This document shows positions 25,426 to 37,659 of a stretch of 64,000 bases of DNA, piece after piece. The notes below the pieces were generated by a model. It was not told the origin of the DNA. It was given only the letters and a program-made list of their open reading frames with translations, and did no database searches. The DNA lies in assembly GCF_006345805.1 (NCBI RefSeq), contig NC_043009.1, positions 14,012,001 to 14,076,000 of the forward strand, in the 5' to 3' direction. Origin of the DNA: Octopus sinensis. Lineage: Eukaryota. The number at the start of each line of letters is the position of its first letter. Within the stretch, counting starts at the first letter, position 1. Made by a program: the position numbers and the translations under genes.

Positions 25426-25735
25426 GTTTACTATATATTTATTTATATAGTTAACTAAAGAAAGTTAAGTATATAAAGATAGGTTTACTATATAAAGTTA
25501 AATATAGTTGCATAAATCAGGTTTATCACACAAACGTTAAGTTGACTAGCATTACTTTTGTAGATAGCTAACAATCTATAATTTAGTACATTTATACTAA
25601 ATTCCAGTTAGTTCGTAAAAAGTGAAGAACCTCTTAAAATTTATCAGCTGTCGCCTTATGACACTTTACTGTCTGTAATTTTTTCTTATATTTTGTATAA
25701 GTGCATGATTAGGTCTGCGGTTATATACATACATA

Positions 25736-26302
25736 CACTTGCGTCGGAAATTAATTAGCACTTCTCAAATTTCTACATTTTCTTACATTTTCTTAATTTA
25801 ATTAACTTATTATCAGAAATGAACTCGTTTTTAATCAAAAATTTATTAAAACATATCCCAGCACACCACATAATTGTTATTAATCGTGAAATTTAGTCAA
25901 TATCTTGTTGCTCCTCCTTTGGCAGCAATGACAGCTGCTACGCGGGTCGGCATGCTGTCTATGAGTGCCTGCAGGTACTGTGCAGGGATGGCCCCTCATG
26001 CAGCAAGAAGTGTCCCAAACAGCTCGTGTCGGTTCCTGTATTGCTGCACATTCAAATCCCTACCCAATCGACTCCAGAGGTTCTCAATAGGGTTCAGGTC
26101 AGGTGACTGGCCAGCACGTACTCCTCGCCACCAAAGAGGTATCCCGTACTATCTCAACGTACTTTGCTGCGTTGATGTTGCCTTCGACGGCATAGAGCCG
26201 CCCAACACCACTGTAGCTGAACGCCCCTCACACCATCAGACCACCCCCACCATGCTTCATGGTGAGCAAATCAAGGGTGCTAATTAATTTCTGACGGTAG
26301 TG
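25736..26302 (-). mobile_element. Internally deleted Tc1 (DD34E-type) element, 567 bp
   Basis: ~28-bp TIRs 'cact(tg/ac)cgtc(g/a)gaaattaattagcac', TA TSD; minus strand 'TMKHGGG.LMV' and 'SPDLNPIENLW...SMPTRVAAVIAAKGGATRY*'. Confidence 0.95.
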
Positions 26303-26769
26303 TACATACATACATACATACAAATGTGTGAGTATGCGGAGGTGGGTGAGTATATCCACACACACACACACACACACACAAGTGCAGGCATAGCTGTGTG
26401 CTTTAGACATTTGCTTCCACTTTATTCCCACTGGGCGATGCCTCGGCCAAATGTCTTCTAGTACATAGTTCCAGATCGACTAATGCCTTCTGAAGGAATT
26501 TGGTGGATGGAAACCTTGTAGAAGCCCGTTATGTATCTATATATGTGTGTATATGGATGCTTAGCTTTGTGTATGTCGCCTCAAGATTCGCAAGCAGTGC
26601 TGCCTTGGTTACGTGCCCATAACTTAGAGGTTCAACAAAAGAAACAAATAGAATGAGTACCAGAATTCTGAGATCAATTTGATCATTGGGCCCTTCAAAT
26701 TCATACCCCAATATGATCGCAGCCCGATGACTAGGACATTCAGCAGAATAACGGAATAAATCAATACAA

Positions 26770-26821
<52 letters not shown>

Positions 26822-26828
26822 ACATACA

Positions 26829-27652
26829 CAGGGTGCGATGGGTAAATTGTCGTCATTTTATATCTTTTACTTCACACATGCGCATTGTTTATTTCTGATT
26901 TTGTAAACTACACAGTATGGTAGGGTCCATTGAATACCGTCTGTGAGAAAAACAGCACCATGACGCAATTCACTTAGCCAGAAATTTGGAAACGACATGC
27001 CCTACTGGTTGGCATTCGCGCCGGACGCTCCGATACGAATATTTCAGTGTGCTTGAGTGACAATCTGGGGACAGTTCAATCTGAGAACATGTACTGAGAG
27101 GGATAAAAATCAAACATCCAGACAAGATCATGGTGTTTAGAGTGATCACTAGCGATGGCAACGTTACGTCTCCATTTATCTTTCCACACGGCCTCAGACT
27201 CAACACGGAGGCCTATATCAAGTGCCTGGAGAAGGTAGAGCTGCCATCGGTCAAGTAGATGGCTGCTGGCAAAGGATTCTGCACCATGCCTCTGCGACCA
27301 CATCACCCCTAACATCTGTCCACCTAACTCCCCAGTCTGCAACCCCCTTGATTATTACGTGTGGGGTGCAGTCGAGCGGGAGAACAACAAAACTCCTTGT
27401 AACAGCGAAGATAAACTAAAGCCAAGAATAATGACAGGTTAAACTAGGAGACTGCCCAGAACAGTTGCAGGAGATTCCGAGGTCGTTTGGAGGAGGCTGT
27501 GGATGGAGCCAATGGTGTTTTTATTGAATAAATTTACTCTTTAATATTTCAAGATATTTCTATGTAATTTTTGTAAATATATCTGTAAAAATGAGGTATC
27601 AGTGTTATTTTCCTTTTTGCATAACTTAGACGACAGTTTATTCCTCGCCTCT

Positions 27653-27654
<2 letters not shown>
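26829..27654 (+). mobile_element. Internally deleted maT (Bmmar1-like DD37D-type) element
   Basis: 'KHPDKIMVF.V..SDG....PFIFPHGLRLNTEAYIKCLE' and 'PPNSPVCNPLDYYVWG'; decayed TIRs ending 'tgtcgtc'. Confidence 0.88.
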
Positions 27655-27695
<41 letters not shown>

Positions 27696-27828
27696 TCTCT
27701 GAAGATCCTACTACAGTAGATGGAAGTGCTAATATATGATTTATAAAAACATGTGACATATTAATAAAATGTACAACCATCCACATTTCTGAGTACCTTA
27801 TGTTTTCTAACACACACACCCACACACC

Positions 27829-27866
<38 letters not shown>

Positions 27867-27867
27867 A

Positions 27868-28255
27868 GTGCTGGAGTGGCTGTATGGTAAGAAGCTTGCT
27901 CTCCAACGACATGGTTCCGAGTTCCGTCCCATTGCGTGGCACCTTGGGTGTCTTCTACTATAGCCTTGGGCCGACTAATGCCTTGTGAGTAGATTTGATA
28001 GACAGAAACTGAAAGAAGCCGGTCGTATGTATATATGTGTGTGTGTGTGTGTGGGGGGGGGTGTTTGGATGAATATGTGTGTGTTTGCCCCCCGCATCAT
28101 CGCTTGACAACCGATGTTGGTGTCAGCAAAAGGAACCGACAGAATAAGTACTAGGCTTACAAGAATAAGTCCTGGGGGCGATTTCTTCGACCAAAGTCGG
28201 TGCTCCAGCATGGCCACAACCAAGTGACTGAAACAAGTAAAAGAGTAAAGAATAT
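27868..28255 (+). mobile_element. Family C SINE
   Basis: Head, internal (TG)n, stem-loop tail 'gtaaaagagtaaaga'. Confidence 0.9.
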
Positions 28256-29342
28256 ATATATTCATGTATGTGCGTGCTTACTTGCGCTTACATGAGGAGA
28301 TTATTACCAACACAATACACACACACACACACACACACGCGTGCACTCCCTCTCGCCCTCTCTCACACACTCTCCTCTCTTTCTCTTAAACACACCTACA
28401 CATACAAACACAAACAAACGTTTGACCATATAAAACCCGCACCAGGAACGACGCTATGTTACCAGGTGTGGCCTGTAGTCACCACCACCACCACAACTAA
28501 CACCATCAGAACCACAACAACAAACACCACCACAACAACAAACATAACGCCACAGCAACAAACACTACCACCACAACAAAAAGCACCGGCCCCTACTACC
28601 CCCGTCACCATCATCGCAGTCATTACCAACATCACAACAAACCACCACACCCATCGAACTTATCACGACTATTACTACCCACCACCACCACCACCACCTG
28701 TACATTAAACATACTCCCACCATCACTACTACCCCCTAACCATAAACACTATTAACTACGATACTGATTTTTACTGTATACGTATTATTGTTGTTTACAA
28801 CCCTCTCTTAAATATCGATCTTTAAACATGGAATTGAAGCGGTGTCTGTGAGCCCTTTCTATGCTACACACGCAGACAGGTACGCAAACACACACACACG
28901 TGTGCACGCTTGCATATTCACATGTTCATTTGTGAAACACAAACACATGTCCAGCACGGTAATCTTGCGTAATTATATCTACGTGTGTTTGTGCACGTGT
29001 GTTTTGTTCTTACATCTACGTGTGTTTGTTCTTAGAAATATATGAAGGGCTTGATTATGACATGAAATGGCTGTGATTTGTAGCAGGTTGAGCGACTCAT
29101 TAGGGGCTCGGTCTTTGTCTCGAAATCCACCTGACTTAGAGCCCTAGCTCTAGGCCAGCCAGGGGCAAAATACAGCAAGCCAACGAAATATTACTTTGAA
29201 TTTCTTTTAGTTGTGCATCTCGCTTGATGATGACATATGTCTCATGCGGCCCGCTTCTCGAAATAAGTTGCCCATGTCTGCTCAAAGCAAACACTGAATG
29301 TTATTCATAGATAATTTCTATAACAGTCCCTAACTTAGTTAC

Positions 29343-29665
29343 GGGCTCTCCGTCGGTTACAACGACGAGTGTTCCAGTTGATCCGATTAACATAACAGCT
29401 TGCTCAGGAAATTAACTTGCAAGTGGCTGAGCACTCCGCAGACACGCGTACCATAATATAGTTCTCAGGGAGATTCAGCGTGTCACAGAGTGTGACAGCG
29501 CTGGCCCTTTGTATTACAAGTGCAACTCAGCTGGCAACTTTTGCCAGCTGAGTGGAGTGGAGTAACGTGAAGTAAAGTGTCTTGCTCAAGAATACAACGC
29601 GCTGTGAGGAATCGAATTCACGACATTACCATCGTAAGCCAAACACTGCAACTACTAAGACACGC
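29343..29665 (-). mobile_element. Family G-head SINE with body Y
   Basis: Reverse complement parallels 20925-21242. Confidence 0.82.
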
Positions 29666-29956
29666 TAACTCAAGCAGGTCTAAAGAACATCCCTGCCGCA
29701 CCCGCTCACGGTTAATCGAATTAACCATTTCAAATTCTGGTTCCTTTCCAACAGAAACGCAAATTTACAAAAGGGTTGGTATGTATCCTCTTGCTCCGAT
29801 AATAAATACGAAGCTGGAAGTGTACCTTTCGTACTGGATACTCAACAGTTCTCGACAGTGGTCCATAGATATTTGCTTTTTCTTGTATTTGCCTGACCAC
29901 ATTCAGAGGGCAGCTGTTTTCTATAACTGTGCAAAAGTATGCATGTATGTATGTAT

Positions 29957-30144
29957 ATTATTTACATTGGACGGATATGTATCCTCATCTTGGTTGCCAC
30001 AACGTTTCAGCTTTCATGAAGTGTCCTGGTAGAATTTTGAACCCAACCATGGGTTCTCATTCCTAAGATATTTTTTGCTGATATTATTATTATTGTGAAC
30101 TCGCAATCTTGGGGTTACTAGCATGCGCTCTTAACCATTACGCT
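29957..30144 (-). mobile_element. tRNA-head + (AAT)n + hammerhead unit, copy 1 (degenerate)
   Basis: Minus strand: TAGCGTAATGGTTAAGAGCGC..TAACCCCAAGATTGCGAGTTC-(AAT)n-...GACAC TTCATGA AAGCT GAAAC GTT GTG...AAGATGAGGA.A.ATATCCGTC.AATGTAAATAA; homologous to 56875-57128. Confidence 0.8.
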
Positions 30145-30149
30145 ATATT

Positions 30150-31430
30150 TTTCTATCTTTCATTTATACTGGTCCTCATATTCTACTCATATCTGCGCTT
30201 GGTCTGCTTAGGAGGTTATTGTGTCCTAGTATACGTGCTGCCTCTTTTAGTTTTCGTATTTTCCAGTGGTGTTCTCTGTCTATTATTTTAACTTCATCCC
30301 ACAGGGGAAGGTGGTCTCCGTTTTGCCATACATGATCAGATGTACCCGAATTTTCAACATCTCCTCGTGTTACAGCTTTACGATGTTCCTCTACCCTTAT
30401 TTTGAGTGGGCGGCATGCTTCGCCTTTGTATAACCTACCACAACTGCATGGAATGGAGTACACGTAGTCTTTGGTCATATTCTCTTGTATTGGTGATTCT
30501 ACTCGAAGGAGATATTTGCGAAGTGTTGTATTACTCTTGCATACCGTCCTAATGTCATATGGACCGCGTATCGTTTGTATTTTTTCCGAGAGGTCTTTCA
30601 CATAGGTTAGATAGACTGTGGTCAGTTTATAGGTATAATCTTCTCTCCTCTTCTTAATTGGAGTGGATTGTATGTTTTTTGGGTAGTTGTTACTTAATAG
30701 ATTATTTCTTAGCTTGATCATTTCAGGATCGCCACTTAGATTCATTGCACGATGTTTTAGGCACTGAGCAATCCCTCTCTTTACAGTGTACGGAAGGTGG
30801 GAACTGAAGTTGAGTTATCGTCCAGTGACGGTTGGCTTGCGGTATACGGATGTCATGAACCCATGCTTAGTGCATGTTATTAATGCATCCAGGAATGTTA
30901 GCTGATTGTCTTTTTCCTTTTCCATTATGAACTGTATGGATGGCTTTATTGAGTTCACATGACCTAGCAGTTCTTGGATATCTTCCTGGTGGGGCCAGAG
31001 TATAAAGGTGTTATCAACGTATCGAAGCCATAAGGTTGGCTTTAGTGTTGTTGATCCTAAAGCCAAATTCTCAAAGTATTCCATGTATATATTGGCAGTA
31101 CTGATGATAATGGTGAACCCATAGCTAAACCCTCATCCTGTCGATATTTCTCAGTATCTAATCTGAAGTAGGTAGTTTCTACACAGAAGGTCAACATTTC
31201 CATCAAGTTTCCTATTGGTATACTAGTGCGTTCTTCTAGATGGGTGTCTGTCACTAGTTTTTCTTGAATCACCGATAGTGCTTCATCAGTTGGGACTTTG
31301 GTGAACAGACTTATCACATCTAGACTTACCATCTGGTTGGACCCAATCAATTCTATGAAGTGGGTGGAATTCTTCACATATGAAGTTGACTTACCTGCTA
31401 GTGGACTGATTATATCCACAAGAAAGCGGC
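30150..31430 (-). mobile_element. 5'-truncated Penelope-like element: RT plus GIY-YIG endonuclease, frameshifted
   Basis: ORFs 31057..31419 ('SLDVISLFTKVP','GLAMGSPLS'), 30815..31084 ('WLRYVDNTF','FLD','VYRKPT') and 30176..30745 ('VYSIPCSCGRLYKGE...RVEEH'). Confidence 0.95.
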
Positions 31431-31823
31431 TCGGTGAATCACATGCCTATATCAGTGATTACCAAACAGTGAGCTGTGAGATGTTGCGGGGTGCGCCGCG
31501 AAAATAATGACATATTTAAAGATATGACAAATACAATCAGATATTCTAAAATTACATCTTCATATCATACTATATATACTTGTAAATATATGGTAATTCA
31601 AAATCGTCTAAGGATGGTCGTGCACATCTTTACATTTCCCCAGTCACCCCGCAAAGCTATTAATAAAATCAATATAAATTTTTGTGAATTTTCTATCCAA
31701 AACCCAATCAAAATACTCGAAACTTGATACGCTAATTGAATGCCAGCTAGCTGTATGTGATTGGTCTGAGATTTGGACAGTACTCGCATGTATGTGCGCA
31801 CGCATGCAGCTGTATATGCATGC

Positions 31824-31864
31824 ACTAGCACTATGACCCGGCGTTACCGGGTCATACTGCTGGT
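31824..31864. repeat. GC-containing palindrome resembling a Helitron-type terminal hairpin
   Basis: actagcactatgacccgg-cgtta-ccgggtcatactgctggt (16/18 paired). Confidence 0.55.
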
Positions 31865-32187
31865 CTTACATATAAGTCCAAACAAAAAATCTTACCAAAA
31901 ACAAAGTAGCTAATGTTTTATTGGTAATTCATTGCTAAATATACTTTATTCATTTAATTAATGATTTACTGCAATTTAAATTATTCATATTTAAATTATT
32001 CATAATATACCTTTTAACTATATCGATTAATTTTATGCATAATGTGCACTAAAATATTTTTCTTTCCTTGAAAGTGGAACATGAGTAAAAAATTGTTTAG
32101 GATCTACTTTTATATCCCAGGGTTTAGTGAAATGACATAGATACATAAATAAATGGAGTTGAACGCAGGTGTTATTCAGATCTTTAT

Positions 32188-32277
32188 ACTTCCGACATAT
32201 GTTTCGAAGAAAACATTGGTATTATTCCAGAAGGAATAAAATGATGTAAAGCAATGCAATCTTCTCACCAGGGGAAA
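32188..32277 (-). ncRNA. Type I hammerhead ribozyme motif (A6G core variant)
   Basis: UUCCC CUGGUGA GAAGA...UCUUC GAAA C AUAU G UC|GGAAG. Confidence 0.7.
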
Positions 32278-32953
32278 AAAAGAAACAAAACGCCTCAATA
32301 AGACATTTTAACCGAATGTGATTACTGCATATATGGTGAATGGAATGCTGGTAAGTTATAAAAAAAAAACGTTAATAGATATAACGTCAAAGGTAATTTA
32401 TAGAAAGAGTAGGAGGAAGAAGAAACAAATAAGCAGAAAACTAAGAATGGAGAAATATAATGGGATAGATGAATAGGAATAAAGATTAAAGGCGTGGAAA
32501 TAGTTATATTTTATGGAATCGAAATGTATGAAGACAGTTAAAGGTCGAATTTTATACACTGGTAGAAATTACTTCTAGGAACTAACGGCATGTTTTTGCC
32601 AATGTTTGCAACGTAAATACGTTCTTTAAACGTGTTTACAAGAGGATTCTTTGAGAACAGGATGAAATACAGTTAATCGTTACAGAGCGAACAAAAATAT
32701 TTACCTTTATCATAACGAAAGGACCTAGATAGACTATTCCATTCCAAATCAAATTGTTTATTATGTTCCTTTAGAGACCAAATTAATTTACTAAGCCCAG
32801 TATTGTTGGGTTTATGGATATGTCTTTCTATAAATTACATTTGATGATATATCTATTTACGGTTTTAATTTTAAAATAACTTACCAGCGTTCCCTTCATC
32901 GTATATGCAGTGATCACATTCGATTAAAATGTCTTATTGATGCGTTTTGTTTC

Positions 32954-33045
32954 TTTTTCTCCCTGATGAGAAGATTGCATTGTTTTACATCGTTTTATTC
33001 CTTCTGGAATAATACCAATGTTTTCTTCGAAACATATGTCAGAAG
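32954..33045 (+). ncRNA. Type I hammerhead ribozyme motif (canonical core, GUC site)
   Basis: CUGAUGA (32963-32969), stem II GAAGA/UCUUC with inner hairpin UUAUUCC-UUCU-GGAAUAA, GAAA, palindromic stem III ACAUAUGU, C17 at 33040; first stem I pair mismatched. Confidence 0.78.
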
Positions 33046-33079
33046 TATAAAGATTTGAATAACACCTGCGTTTAACTTC

Positions 33080-33145
<66 letters not shown>

Positions 33146-33153
33146 GTGTGTGT

Positions 33154-33645
33154 GGAGGCGCAATGGTCCAGTGGTTAGGGCAGCGGACTTGCGGTCGTAG
33201 GATCGCGGTTTCGATTCCCAGGCCGGGTAATGAGAGTGTTTATTGAGCAAAGACACCTAAAGCTCCACGAGGCTCCGGCAGGGGGGTAGGTGAACCCTGC
33301 TGTATCCTTTCACCACAACTTTCTCTCAGTCTTTCTTCCTATTTCTGTTGTACCTGTATTTCAAAGGGCCAGCCTTGTCACACTGTATCATGCTGAATCT
33401 CCCCGAGGGTACATGTGTCTGTGGCGTGCTCAGCCACTTGCACGTTAATAAATGAGCTGCGTCGTCACTGGTGCCAAGCTGTATCGGCCTTTGCCTTTCC
33501 CTTGGATAACACTGGTTGCGTAGAGAGGGGAGGCTGGTATGCGTGGGCGACTAGTGGTTTTCCATAAACAACCTTGCCCGGGCTTGTGTCTGGGAGGGTA
33601 ACTTTCTAGGTGCAATCCCATGGTCATTCATGACCGAAGGGGGTC
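33154..33645 (+). mobile_element. Family B-head SINE with body Y and an alternative tail
   Basis: B head, body Y, then tail ending 'ggtgcaatcccatggtcattcatgaccgaagggggtc' instead of 'cgtcgtaaccgacggag'. Confidence 0.88.
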
Positions 33646-34239
33646 ACAATATATATATGTATGTATGTATATGTATGTATATATGGTTCAAAAGTACAGA
33701 CACAAAAGACAGATACAGGTGAGGTAACAAAAAGCAAGTGAATCAGTTTGACGCTCTGGGAAAATGTAAACGTCTTTGATGCTTCGAGCTTATGCTCTTG
33801 TACAGAGATGGATGAGGAAAGAAAACTGAAAGAGAGAGAGGGGGGGGAGAACAAGCGGAGAGAGGAAAAGACGTGTCTGGATTAACGGCTTCAGATGCCG
33901 AAGTGGCTTCACTGGTGACAAATGAGTCCAGATCTTGACAGACATACACATCCGCAGATATCGACAAAGTTTCTTCCATTCACAATACTGGCAGTGGGTT
34001 GAAAGGTGCGATACTCAACAAAAAGCTTGAGGTTAGTAGAAATTTAAACTTCCTCTCTCTAAGCTCAGCTTGGGTTAGTTGAAGGCTACTTATTTCGGAT
34101 ATGTTAATGATCGTAATTCGAGCTACATTACAGTAATAATAAAAAGGAAATTAAATTGGTATTTGAGGCTTTATAAGTGTCTGCATGTCTAATAATGATT
34201 GAAATAACGATTATGCTCATTGTGTTTATTATTATACTA

Positions 34240-34580
34240 TGCGTGGCTGTGTGGTAAGAAGCTTGCTCCCCATCCACATGGTTTCGGGTTCAGTCCCATT
34301 GCCTGGGACCTTGGGTAAGTGTCTCTTACTATAACCTCGGGCTGATCAAAACTTTGTTAGCGTATCTGGAAGATGAAAACAGAAAGAAGCCTGTCATATG
34401 TTTGTGTGTGTGTTGTGTGTGTATTCTTTGTGTCTTCGTGTTTGTCCCGTACCACTGCTTGACAACTGGTGTTAGTGTGTTTTCGTCCCCGTAACTTAGC
34501 GGCTCGGTGAAAGAGAACGAAATTCTCCAAGGCGGTGCCCAGCATGGCCACAGTCTAATGACTGAAGCAAGTAAAAGATA
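34240..34580 (+). mobile_element. Family C SINE (followed by family A remnants to ~34850)
   Basis: Head 'gtggctgtgtggtaagaagcttgct', tail 'ggcggtgcccagcatggccacagtctaatgactg'. Confidence 0.88.
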
Positions 34581-35899
34581 AAGCGCTGAGCTGGGAGAAT
34601 AGTTTGCACATCAGACAAAATGCTTAGTGGCATTTCGTCCGTCTTTACGTTCTGAGGTCAAATTTGCATTTCATTTTTTGGTGGTCGGTGAAATAATCAC
34701 CAGTGAAATACTGTTGTCGACAAAATTCCACACCTTGCGCCTTTAGTAGAAACGATTATTACTATAAATGAACATAAGGCGTCCAGCTAGCAGAATCGTT
34801 AGCTCGCCGGAAAAAAATTCTTAGTAATACTTCTGCCAGCTCTATGCTTTCAACACTGGAGCCAAAGTAATCAACTTACACGTTTCCTAAAAACTAATGT
34901 GCTAAAGTTAGGAAGAACTATTGCTCTATATGCACATACTTTTCCTATCTCGATTAATTTCGCTAAAGAGTAAATATTTTTCACAGCTTTAGTTGGTAAT
35001 GTTTCTTGATTATCGTTGGCATTTGAATAAACGGAAAGCTAAACAGATATAGATTAGTACCTATATATTAATTCAAATCCGGTTAAACAATTGCACTGGG
35101 ACTAATATCAGTTAACTTAATCTCTATATTCAACTTAAATATTCACTAACAGCTTAATGGATTCCAAAAACAAAAGAAGAAAAATCCTTTGTGATTATAA
35201 GAATTTGCAGACACCAAAAGTAAGTTCCAACATAGATTACATAGGTTGCCAGGAAATATTCAAGTACAAGTTGGAGGAATTGATAATCAAAAAACTAAAC
35301 CAACAGAATATTGAACTCAAACTTTACCTTTCATACTTTCGGGGTCGATAAAATAAGTACCAGTCAAGAACTGAAGTCGATGTAATAGATTTATCTCCTT
35401 CCTCGAACTTATTGGCCTTATGCCAAAATTTGAAGCCAATCCATTACCGTATTTCGTTGCACCCTAGCAGGACATGAGTTCGAATCGTACACGAATCAAC
35501 TTTACATTTCAGTTTTCTTTAGAGGACATTTAAAAAGAAAAAAAGAGAGGACCTGTCATATACTCTTTTCAAATGAATTATCTATTTCTAGCATCTTCAA
35601 TAATTAGCTCTATATATTTCAGTACAAGATAATATAAGTTGGTGGAGCCGATACAGATGAAGAACTATAGAAATCAGTTTTATTTATTTGGTCTCTCAAT
35701 TCAGTGTCGAGATTACTTTATGAATCGTGATATCAATGGGATAAAACTATCTCTGACGAGCAGAAACTGAGATCTGATTTTCATTCTTGTTTGAAGCCAT
35801 TTTACTTCTTTTATGCCCCTAACAAATTTGAGATAAGCACAAACGCGTGTATGCGTGTGTGTGTAATACCCCCCCTCCACACACACACAAAACATATAT

Positions 35900-36338
35900 A
35901 GAGGTAGATATGGATGTGTGATTAAAAAGCTCGAATTTCAACCACGTAGTTTCAGGTTCAGTCCCAGCGTGGCAGCCTGAACAAGCGTTTTGCTTTATGA
36001 GTTAATTTGATAGACGGGAACTGTGTGAAAGCCCGTCGTGTATGTATATATATATATAAATTAATAAATAAATAAAATATATGCATATATACATGCATAT
36101 ATGTACGTACCTACCTCTACATGTATATATACATGCATATATGGGTACAGGACACCCAAAAAAACGTCGAGCACAATGTTCGACGTTTTTTGGTGTCCTG
36201 TACCCATATATGCATGTATATATACATGTAGAGGTAGGTACGTACATATATGCATGTATATATGCATATATTTTATTTATTTATTAATTTATTAAATGAC
36301 AGAACGCACGCATCCCTTTCTAAGTAAGATTGTTCTTA

Positions 36339-36370
<32 letters not shown>

Positions 36371-36560
36371 TTGTGTGTACTTTTGTATTTGTATTTGTCC
36401 ACTCTCACCACTTGAGTGTTGGTTTGTTTACGTACCTGTAACATTGCGGTTCGGCAAAAGGTATCGACGTAATAAGTGTCAGATAACAAAAAAAGCAAGT
36501 ACTGGTGTCTATTTCTTCAACTAAGCTCTTTAATACGACGTCTAAGCATGGCCAAAGTAC
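35900..36560 (+). mobile_element. Family C SINE containing a 235-bp palindrome in its internal microsatellite
   Basis: 5' half to 'aagcccgtcgtg' (~36040); 3' half from ~36380. Confidence 0.8.
36057..36291. repeat. Near-perfect palindrome (~115-bp arms, 3-nt loop)
   Basis: The arms differ only by two homopolymer-length differences next to the centre (cacccaaaaaaac vs caccaaaaaac). Confidence 0.95.
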
Positions 36561-36579
36561 AATATACATATGTGTGTGT

Positions 36580-36907
36580 GTGTATATTATTTTCTTATTT
36601 CAATCATTTGACTGCGGCCTTGCTGGAAAATCCCCTGGAGGGTTTTAGTCGAACAAATCGACCCCTGGACTTATCTTTTTAAAGCCTGGTACTTATTCTA
36701 AAGGTCTCTTATGTCAAACCGCTAAGTTACGGGGATGTAAACATACCACGACAGGTTTTCATACGGCGGTGGGGGACAAACACGGACAATGCACACAAAC
36801 AAACACTGACACACGCACACACACACCCCACACACAAACACGCATACACACACACTCACTAACACACGTGCGCGCGGGCAAACACACAAGCACGCGTGCG
36901 CGTGGGG

Positions 36908-36940
<33 letters not shown>

Positions 36941-37085
36941 ATGGGCTTCTTTGAGTTGCCGTCTTCCAAATCCACTCACAAGTCCTTGATCAGCACGAAG
37001 CTACAGTAGAAAACACTTGCCCAAGGTGCAGTGGGACTGAACCCAGATCGATGTGGTTGGAAGCAATCTTCTCACCACACGTAGA
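36580..37085 (-). mobile_element. Family C SINE, tail-to-tail with 35900-36560
   Basis: Family C motifs in reverse complement with a long internal (CA)n. Confidence 0.88.
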
Positions 37086-37618
37086 TAGCTGTTCCTCCTA
37101 CAAACGCTTATAGACATTGCTACTCTTCGCACACTCACGCACACACAGACACAGACACAGACACACACACACACACACACACGCGCGCAAAGGTGTCGGA
37201 AAGATAATGAGTACAATGATGAATGTAGTGACACGGAGTTAAGAAATTGACTTAGTTATTAAATCAGTTTTTTGCTGCTATCAGTAGTACTAAGGAAGCA
37301 CGATAATTATGTACCGAGTGACCTGCATAACTATGGAGAGCTGAATGAACACAAAAGTTGGCACTTAGCAGTGATAGCTTAAAATATCATTCTGTGCCTC
37401 TTTATGAATTTGATTAATACCCGATCACGTCGTCAGGTGTAGCGTGGACGTCAAATGAATGTGAAATTGTAGGTGCAGGAGTGGCTGTGTGGTAAGAAGC
37501 TTGATTACCAATCACATGGGTCCGGGTTCAGTCCCATTGCGTGGCACCTTGGGGAAGTCTCTTTTACTATAGCCTCGGGCTGACCAAAGCCTTGTGAGTG
37601 GATTTGGTAGATGGAAAC

Positions 37619-37654
<36 letters not shown>

Positions 37655-37659
<5 letters not shown>

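Larger units (their letters stand above)
32153..33081. repeat. Inverted repeat with ~255-bp arms (32153-32408, 32823-33081), each arm carrying a hammerhead motif
   Basis: Arms are reverse complements with scattered substitutions. Confidence 0.92.

Noticed and set aside
27695-27775. Additional hammerhead (CUGAAGA ... AAAACAUGU)
   Set aside because: Stem II, G12 and stem I cannot be assigned convincingly; not counted.
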